DNA of 64,000 nucleotides from Vicugna vicugna (taxonomy: Eukaryota): assembly GCA_013265495.1 (NCBI GenBank), contig MU059953.1:4116501-4180500 (forward strand), given 5' to 3'. Made by a program: the position numbers and the translations under genes. The notes below the pieces were generated by a model that did no database searches, was not told the DNA's origin, and worked only from the letters and a program-made list of their open reading frames with translations. Every line of letters starts with the position of its first letter. Within the stretch, counting starts at the first letter, position 1. Below are positions 55,496-64,000 of the stretch, in pieces.

Positions 55496-58400
55496 CTACC
55501 GGGCAGGAAGGGGTGGCTGGTGAACAGGGTGACCCTGCACCCCGTCACTCTCCCGAGACCCCATGGCCACGAGGAAAAACTGCTCCCCAGTCTCCCCTGG
55601 GGCCGGCAGGTGGGACAAACCGACTGGTGAGTCCCCTGGGCGGAGCTCGCAGTCCCAACAGCAGGGGACATGGGGGAGGAAGGGGCCCCAGGACTTCTGC
55701 GCCCTAAAACCCAAGTGTGGCTGGAACGACAGGCAAGTCACTCCCTTCTGAGATTTCTTACTTCAAGGCAGGACAAGATGAAGTTCACAGCTTCTTCTGG
55801 GGTGAAGACCTTGAAGAGGCCGTCGCAGGCCAGCAAAATAAACCTGCAGCATGAAGAAACACAAATGCATTTTAGCAGCAAACTTTATAAAATGGCCTAG
55901 CAAGGGAGGCAAAAAATACCTGTCCAACTACTCAAAGGCTAGAAATCTTTTGAAACTAATTTCACTGCTATGACACAAAGGTCAAAACTACTTTAAAAAC
56001 TGGTAGGCAAAACATCAAAATTGAGCCTGTTCACCGATCACTATGGACTAACCCAAACACTGCACTTTCTTAGACAAACGCCAGGAGAACCACCAAATAA
56101 AATCACCAGGTGTTACAGAAATACAAAATTTCTAACCCCCTGTGCCTCGAGCCACTTCCCAGACATAAAGCTGATGGTTTGGACTCAAGGATCAGTCCTC
56201 AAGCACTGACTCCCCACGTGAAGGGAGGGCGACCACCCACTGCCACTATTTGGGAAAAGGACTACCTCCCTTTCAACCCCCTCTAGATGCCCACGGAAAG
56301 CCCTTCTGACCAGCGCTGGGTGAGATGGGACAAGGCCAGTACTCCCAGTGCGGAGGCGCGTGCCCACGGCGCTAACACCTTCCTTCCTCATTTTAATACC
56401 CAGGTCCTGGTTTCCCTCTTTTGACCAGGCATTCAGTCAACAAGTATTTTCCAGGCACACAGTTCGTGCCTGGGACCTAGCAGAGGAGGTCCTGCCTCCC
56501 CAGACTCTTTGATAAGGGTGGTGTCCCCCCTTCAAGTGAGGTGACAGGCCGTGAGTAACTGCATGCATGCACGCATGTGTGCGCACGTGCACACACACAC
56601 ACGCACAGCTGTGGCCCAGAGCAGAGGGAGCCTGGTCTAACGTACGGCAGGCGAGGCTCTCCTGAGGCTTCATTAAGGAAACCAAAGGGGCTGGTGGAGA
56701 CATGTCCCGAGATGCCAAGGCAGGCAAGGAGAGTGGGAGGACAGGGGCAGGGCCTGGAAGAGGCCCCCGAGGCTCCTTCCCCTGCTGCCCTAGTTCACCC
56801 CCAAGCAAGGGCGCCGCGCCAGTTCCCAGTGGGCCTCCGGGCTCCATCCCACACCAACCTCCAATACTTACTTGCTGGGCGTCTGTCGCCAGGCACGGTG
56901 CCTGTCTTCAACAGCGCAGGAGCAGGGGTTGGACAACTAACAGGAAGTCTCTCTCTGCCTAGCTCAGCTCGACTCACACGCCTCTCACAATACTCCACCA
57001 GTTACAGGCTACAACTCCGACTCCTCAGCACAGAATCCAGGGACCCTCAGTCTGTCCCGAAGCACCCTGCCATCGCTTTCACAGGGCTCCCCAGCCCCCA
57101 ACCACGTTTTCCCCCGTCCTACTTTAACGCCCTGCTCCTTTCTCCAACATGGACGTCTCCCTTCCCCCATGGCCAGTTGTCCAGAGCACCCCACACTACT
57201 CCTGAGACACACTGGACGGAACCACTCATTCTCACGTGGACCCCCTAGAGCAGAAATGATATTTATTTCTGCACTTCCAGGGCCTAACAGGGGGCCTAAG
57301 ACGTGGCTGCCCACTCAGCACCCCAGATTCACTATACACATGGGAAGACTCAAGAAGGCACACTTGTGCCTCTGGTGGGGCGACCTCACCTGTCATTGGG
57401 GGTCAGCTGGCAGCGTCTGATGTCTGGCACAGAAGTAACCCCACAGCGTTTGTACTGTCCGTCCCCGATGGAGCGGGACACCTCCAGCACGCCCAAGACA
57501 CGGCCATCCCTAAAACGAGGAGAAAACATATTCAGACTTACCTGACATCATGGGCCCACAGTACTCAGACGCTGATCTTATGAGCAGGAAATGGGATAGA
57601 GTGAAAGATGCAACCTGTGGAATCCACATCTCTTGGCCTCAAACAGTACACAGAGATGGCTAAGTGTCTGTGTGCTGAAACTTCATCGTTCCAGGTCAGT
57701 AACATTCCTGCTGCCCAGTACCTCAGCCCCATGGCAGAGGGGAAGCGCGCCCCCTCCAGCTGGCGTAAGGGAGCGCTGGGCCTAACCCACCCACCTGCCC
57801 ACAGCCCCGAGTGCAACTTGACTGGGTCGGGGCCAGGCTTTGTTTTCTGGTTTTGTTTTAATCTTAAGCTTCCCAGGTGATTCAAGGATGCCACCAGGGT
57901 TAAGAGTAGGTGGAACAGAAGGATGTTTTGCATCTCAGTCGATTTGGAAAATACTTGAAAGTGACTACTCCCAGATCTGGAAGCAGCTTTTCTTCACCCT
58001 GGGTACGAGTATGACTTAATGACTTAAACACAAACAGTAGTAATGCACAGTGTCGCACTCTTACCCACTCTACCTCCAGGTGAGGGCTAGGGAGATGGGA
58101 AGGTGACCTGTAAGTTAAGACTCCGTGTCGGAAGGCAGAGCTCTGTCAGCAGGGGAAACAGCCCCCAGCCCGATGCTCCCAAGAACAATTCTGGTGCCAT
58201 ACATGCTGTGGAACCTCGGGCAGCTGCAACCTCCCAAGCCTGCATACCAGGGAAGCCACGCGCGACAAGGTGAGTGACAGCACTCAGCAAACAACAAAGC
58301 TGTGCGTGCAGGTGCAGCGAGCCTCCCACTGGGCTCCCGCACATCAGAACGCGCTGTGTGATGGAAGCACGGGGCTGGGAGCAGCTCGCCTGGGCCCGGG

Positions 58401-61400
58401 CCGCTGTCCCAGAGTCAGAATTCAGCCTAGCTCCTGGCCATTCACTGTGCCCACAAAGTCACCCTCCCAGTAGTCCCAGCTGAATAATCAGCCACAAAGA
58501 CTTCTGCTGGTATCTATGAAGAGCGGATCAATCTTCTCAAGTACACGTACTAAAACAAACAGCAAGAAGGGCCAAAGAGCACAGGAGTAGAGGCCAAGAC
58601 TGAAGAGGGGTGGGGCTCCCAGCCTTAAGAGCACCATTTAGGAAATGCACTTCTCAAAGCACAAGTACCACGAGAAGCCAGCAAGTGCTTCTGCAGGGAC
58701 CAAGTGCCCAGGTGCCTGCGGTGGACGCCCCTCCCCTGAGTCATAAACCCGGCTCGTTTCTACAGGATGGCACAGTGGCAGGTCCGGGAAGGCCGTTACC
58801 CCCAGCACAACTCAGTGCAGAGAATGTGGAAAGATCCCTAAGTATGACATGGGAAAGCGTGTGTACACGACACAGAAGCTGCCATTCCATTCTTGTAACT
58901 GAGCAAAGTGACCCACAGAGTGGAAACCTCACACTCAGGCAGCTACTGGAGTGACAGGAGAAAGCCACAATGGAGGGAATCACAGACCCAGGGGAAGCCA
59001 CTCATCCTTCAGAAAGTGACACGGCAAGCTGGCGGTCACTCTGCTGTACTCGGTGTGACAAGCTATGTAAGACGTGCGTGTGCAAACACCAGTCAGCTCC
59101 ATGGAGACCAGGCGCCAGCTCTAAGACGGTGCATCACAGGAGCATAAGGCCATGCCACCTGTCTCTCGTGGTCAGTGACAATTCAATAGGACCACCCCTG
59201 ACCAGGCTGGTCAGGAATCAGCCACAGCGGGCGCCGGGCCTGCCTGAATCCCCTCAACTCTCTCGTATGTACTCGACGCAGGCCAGCTTCCAGCTTCCAG
59301 CCTCCCGAGACCACACAGCAGGAGCTGCGTGTTCTGCAGCAGGTCCTCCCCCCACGACCTGCTGAAAGCCCGCTCTCCTCCTGTGGCCCTCAAAGCATTC
59401 CCCCCAGACCACGTGCACAGGGAGTAGGTTTTCAAGGCCCCGCCCACCAAGCCAACCCGCCTGCCCTGGTACCAGTGGCACAGGATGGGCCCGCCCTTAA
59501 GCACTGACAACTCCAGGCTGCTCTGTTCTCCCCTTCTCTCCACCTGCCCATCAATCAGAGAACCGTCTTCCTGCTGCTGGGTAAGGCGTTCACCAGGGTC
59601 CCGACTGTAGCTATTTGCTAGTGTTTTCTGTTCCGATTCTTCCTTCACCATCAGCGAGGGAGGCACTGAGATGGCCAATCCGGCTGCGAGGAAAGGCCAG
59701 GCCCTGCTCCGACTTCGGTTCCTCTAGCACGGGAGCAGAAGCAGGGACACAGCCGGTCTCGGTGAGCCTGCAGGGCTCAGGCTGGAAGGCAGGAGCTACG
59801 TCATCTTCCAGCCCGCCACGGCAGATGCCAACACCCAGGGTATTCACACGACGGGGGCTCGGCGAGGACTGATGGTAGGATGCCAGAACCATTTCTTCCT
59901 GTGATCAGAGACCTGTCCCTGACCAGGAGCAGGCATGCAGTACTGTGCGCCTGAAATTAAACGCTACCTGTGCAAGCATCCCTCCGTCTGCTCAGTTGTA
60001 GATAAAAAAGAACCACATTCAACATCTCAGAGGAATTCACCTAAAGTAATGCAACACGCTGCTGCACGGAGTACATACACTACCTTCAGTGTAAGAAAGT
60101 GGGAAAATAAAAATACAGACACAGTCCTGCTTATTTTTATAAGAAAAACTGGAAAGAATCAGGAAATAAGGGTGATGGGAACAAAGATGGAAGCACGGCA
60201 TCTCTATGCCTCTAATTCAGATATTTAACTATGTAAATGTGGGTGTTTATCATTTTAAAATTATGGTAAACATTTATTCAACATAAAATTTACCACTTTA
60301 ACTACTCTTAAATGTACAGTTGAGTGGCCCTGAGTACATTCACATTGTTGTGCAACCATCACCACCAACCATCTCCCAAACTCCTCCCATCTTCCTGACG
60401 GAAACTCTGCACTCGTTAAATAGTCACCCCCAACCCCTCGACCAATCCCCATGCTACTTCCTGTCCCTGTGATGACTGACCTCTCAGGGACCTCATGTAA
60501 GTGAAATCACACAGTATTCGTTCCTCTGGGACTGGGTTATTCCACTTAGCAAAATGTCCTCAAGGTTCATCCATGTTGTAGAATGTGACAGGATTTCCTT
60601 CCTTTTCAAGACTGAATAGTATTCCCATTGTATGGACAGGCCACATTCTGTTCATCACTTCACCTATCAATGGGCACTTGGGTTGCTTTCACTTTCTGGC
60701 TATTGTGAATAATGCTGCTATGAACATGGGTGCACACATATCTGTTCAAATCCCTGCTTTGAAATTTTTTTGGTATATACCCAGGAGTGGAAGTGCTGGA
60801 TCATACAGTAGATCTATTTTTAATTTGTGAGGAACCACTATACTGTTTTCCACAGTAGTGGCATGATTTTACATTCCCACCAATGGTACACAAGGGTTTC
60901 AATTTCACCGTGCTGTATTTATAAAATGCTTTATAACAGAAGGGAAAAAAAACCTCTGAAGTTGAAAACAAAATGGAACTAATTATCATAATAACCAAAG
61001 TGGTAACAAAAATGCAGTGAAAATAATTATTCCACATTTACACAATACTCTGTAACATCCTCAGTAAGGCAGAGTCTAAGGACAAGAGAACCACAAGGAA
61101 CTCAAATTCACCAACAGTGATAATATTGATACTATGATTCTCAAGCTATTTCGGCAAATAAATATACTAACGTTACTAGGAATCAAGATTTCCAGCATAA
61201 AAGAACTTAACTACTGAGTCAAAGAGGTTAAGAGGAAGCCCTATAAATGTTCAGTCTGAATGAGAAACAGCAATCTAGGCTCACAGCCTAAAATATGCGT
61301 GCGTGTGTGCGTGTGTGTCCTCGCTCTGTCCCGAACACCCAGAACTGATGACATCTTGGCTGAAACAAGCATCCAGCACACGGAGCTCAGCTTTAAAGAC

Positions 61401-63799
61401 AAAGGCAGCTGCGTCTGCAGTGTGTGAAGGAGCGCGCCCCAATGGCCACAGGCGAGGCTATGTGAGCAGCGAGAGCACCAGGCTGCAGGGCTAGAGTCAG
61501 TCCCCGGAATAAACAAACCCACCACGCAGGCCTCACAGAGCCGGGGGAAGGGAGACGAAGAGAAGCAGGGAAGGAAAGAAAAACACTAGTTTTTCCCACA
61601 ACTGCAGGGGGCTATCTCACTCTGCAAAGGTGATTAAAGAATTACCTTGCCTTCAGGGAGAAACTACAGTTCATCCCCTGTTGATGAAGGAAAGCTTTTC
61701 TTTACAGGATGCCCACTAATACACACAGAAGGAACCACAGAAGTTTGCCATCCCTGTGAAAGAACTGATTCACGCAAGGATCGCTAAGGGATGTTAAAAC
61801 CATCAGCTGAAAGGCTGTGTCCAGTGTGTCTCCCTGATTACACCAGGAGATGTCTCTCGAGCCACCTGCTGTTGCCACATGGCAGCCACCCAGAGGGACC
61901 TGACGTGGCTCCTGAAGTGAGGGACCACCAAGCATACCATCTCCCATCAAATATTTTTGATGAAAATGTTTAATCTGAATTTAAAGCCTTAGACCTAACT
62001 TCAAGTTTATTAGAAACACATGTAAGCAACTCAAATGCTATCAGGAAAAAACAGTGCTGGTGACCCTATACAACTGCTGGCCTGGACCAGTGACACGATC
62101 CAAGCCTAGTAAAAGTGGACACCATTCTCCACTGAAGAGATGAGTCTAAGGTAAACACTGAGTGCTGACCGGACCCTGGTTTCAAACAAAGATACTCTGG
62201 GGGTAACTGGGGAAACAGGAGCACAGACAGGACTGCAGACAACCTAATATAACCTAAGGAATTGTTACTTTCTTAGGTGTTATGTCTGCAACGAACTTTT
62301 ACATAGTGCAGCCCAACACACATGTAAACAGACAAGGCATATGGCAAATGTTAACTACTGAATCTAGGCGGTAAATACTGCAACATTTAGTATTTATTCA
62401 GTTTTTCTGCATGTTTGAAAATCTCTATGATAAAAGTGGGAAGGGGTGGAGGCAAAGAAAAAGCATGCCAACCCCGGCTGCTCAGGATCAGAAAGCCGTG
62501 GCTCCCTCTCCCCTGAACTGAGGGGCTCACCTAAGCCCACACGGTTCTTAGCAGGTGAGGACTGGGGAACAGGGAGTGGCTGCAACACAGCTGGTCTTCC
62601 TTTCAGCCACAGGACTGTCAATGTCAAAATCTTTTCAGGGAGTTCAGGCAAAAGCAGAATTTTAAAATTGTGAGAAGGGACAGAAAGAAAAGATGTGCTG
62701 AAACTAACACAGGGGTCACAGTCTCGGGTATTAACTTCCATGACAGCCACAGGGGGGAAGGCAGCACACAGCACTGGCCAAGGTCCGAACCCAGCCTACG
62801 GTTCTGCTGGTGCTCATGTAAGAGCCACAACCATGACCAAAATCACCTTTTACTGACCCGGGAGTTTTTTAACCAACCCTAAGAATTCTGACTCCTCTCC
62901 AGAGACCTCCCTGCACCACTGGCTAGAATCAGCCTGGAGCAGTAACAAAGACCACCCCAAGCGAGCAATAGGAGAGAAACTACACTTCCACGGACAAATG
63001 ACTGCAGGCTCACATTGATGCATTACTGCTCTCTTACATCCCACAGAAAATAAAACCCGAATGGGGTCAAACTGTAAGATGAACCAGGAAACACTTCTGG
63101 TCAAGTTCATAATGCAGTGTCCCTGAAGTGGAATTCTCCTGAAGCGTAGAAAACACTTACGCCCTCCTGTACTGCCTTAGAGATGGTAGATCATAAACCA
63201 GAACAAGCACACATTCTCAAAGGTTTAAGAAGGTGAAACGGAGCTGCGGCGGACGGAGCCAGGTAGGAGCAGCCCCCCGCAAGACAAGGTGTCCCCGGGA
63301 AGCCCACGGGCGACCGACACACGTTACAGGTATTTCCTGTCTTGACCACTTTAGATTTTCCCTCCGGAGAATTTGCCTAAAACTGTAGCTTATTCACTTG
63401 TGACAAGTAATAGTTTTCTGAAGCTTCCTAGGACCATAGAAAATGCTGCAAATGGTGAGCTTGAATTTGAGACAGGTCTCCTTCTTTTGTAAATGCAGGG
63501 AGGCATGCCGTTTACATTTTTTGCTCCCACTTGCACTCGTGCACCTACTGCACCAGGGCTGACCTGGGCAGTCTCCAATGGCAGACTGTACGAGCTGGAG
63601 AGCCCCACCCCGGGGTCTCGGGGCCGCTCTGACACCAACCACTCCCCCGCCCCGAGCCCCCGTCCCTCCCTGGCTACCTGACGTTCCCTCCGGCCTTCTG
63701 TATCCTCATGCGTTCTTCATACTGGGTTGGATTATGCTCCTTGCTGAGGCTTAAGGCTGCATGCTTCTGACTCTCCTCGTTGTAACGACACAGGATTGC
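55355..63799 (-). CDS. ILKAP: Integrin-linked kinase-associated PP2C phosphatase, 5'-partial; complement(join(55355..55495,55762..55843,57390..57509,63678..63799))
   Basis: [40 protein letters not shown] / [20 protein letters not shown] / [13 protein letters not shown] / [15 protein letters not shown]-stop, the PP2C C-terminal motifs; frames join. Confidence 0.96.
55762..55843 (-). CDS. ILKAP: ILKAP penultimate exon
   Basis: [27 protein letters not shown]; ctgcag acceptor, GTAAGA donor; 82 nt. Confidence 0.95.
57390..57509 (-). CDS. ILKAP: ILKAP internal exon
   Basis: [39 protein letters not shown]; ttttag acceptor, GTGAGG donor; 120 nt. Confidence 0.95.
57740..57905. mobile_element. MER5-like hAT remnant
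   Basis: AAGCTTCCCAGGTGATTCAAGGATGCCACCAGGGTTAAGA end motif. Confidence 0.45.
60262..60910 (-). mobile_element. L1MA/L1MB-type 3' end in an ILKAP intron
   Basis: TGTACAGTTGAGTGG...CAAGGTTCATCCATGTTGTAG...GCTATTGTGAATAATGCTGCTATGAACATGGG...CCCAGGAGTGGAAGTGCTGGATCATA, the classic reversed L1 3' end. Confidence 0.85.
61620..62430 (+). mobile_element. Old L1MC/L1ME-type 3' fragments
   Basis: AT-rich, with GGCAAATGTTAAC...GAATCTAGG and TTTCTGCATGTTTGAAAAT motifs like L1MC/ME 3' ends as recalled; bounds approximate. Confidence 0.5.
63678..63799 (-). CDS. ILKAP: ILKAP internal exon
   Basis: [40 protein letters not shown]; ccccag acceptor, GTAGCC donor; 122 nt. Confidence 0.95.
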
Positions 63800-64000
63800 C
63801 TGGGGAGACAGGGACGACAACAGCGGTGAAATTCAGGGAGCCCAGCACCGGGAGCTGACAGGTGAAGAGAGGTTAACAATGCAATTTCAGACTTAGCCTC
63901 CTGCTGACAAACCAAACAAAAAACTGACAAACAAAAAGTTCAGAGGATCAAGCATCAAAGAAGTGTCAAGCAGCAAAGTGCTGTCACAGAAACAAGTCAG

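Noticed and set aside
58510-58553. Plus-strand peptide [10 protein letters not shown] resembling [15 protein letters not shown]
   Set aside because: It is on the opposite strand to ILKAP, very short and bounded by stops; most likely coincidence
1-64000. CRISPR arrays, tRNA or rRNA genes, prokaryotic or viral gene clusters
   Set aside because: None seen; the tRNA-like segments are SINEs with A-rich tails and degenerate B boxes, and all convincing coding sequence belongs to the four spliced genes

Overview
GC-rich mammalian genomic DNA, probably from a camelid: three short tRNA-derived SINEs match the vic-1 type as I recall it. The window holds the syntenic block ESPNL (+, 5' part of exon 1 outside the window, CDS to 22294), KLHL30 (+, CDS 28648-37770), ERFE/erythroferrone (+, CDS 44191-52156) and the last four coding exons of ILKAP (-, 63799-55355). 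Every listed splice junction was read from the sequence and keeps frame. Gene names come from my recollection of the human proteins, not from a database search. Introns carry old L1, L2, MIR, MER and MLT1 fragments, and there are two assembly gaps (8038-8220, 18598-18644). I see no clearly new multi-gene system. The best leads are regulatory or isoform-level: (1) a 34-bp GATA/KLF-like element duplicated between the ERFE 3' region and an ILKAP intron; (2) a shifted internal start codon and a possible myristoylated short isoform of ESPNL; (3) an E-box plus POU-like cluster in ESPNL intron 5; (4) a Glu6-Ala6 coding repeat in ERFE; (5) an Ig-switch-like pentamer array and paired MEF2-like sites upstream of KLHL30; (6) an overlapping uORF in KLHL30; (7) a C/D-box-like motif upstream of ERFE. 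All remain hypotheses.
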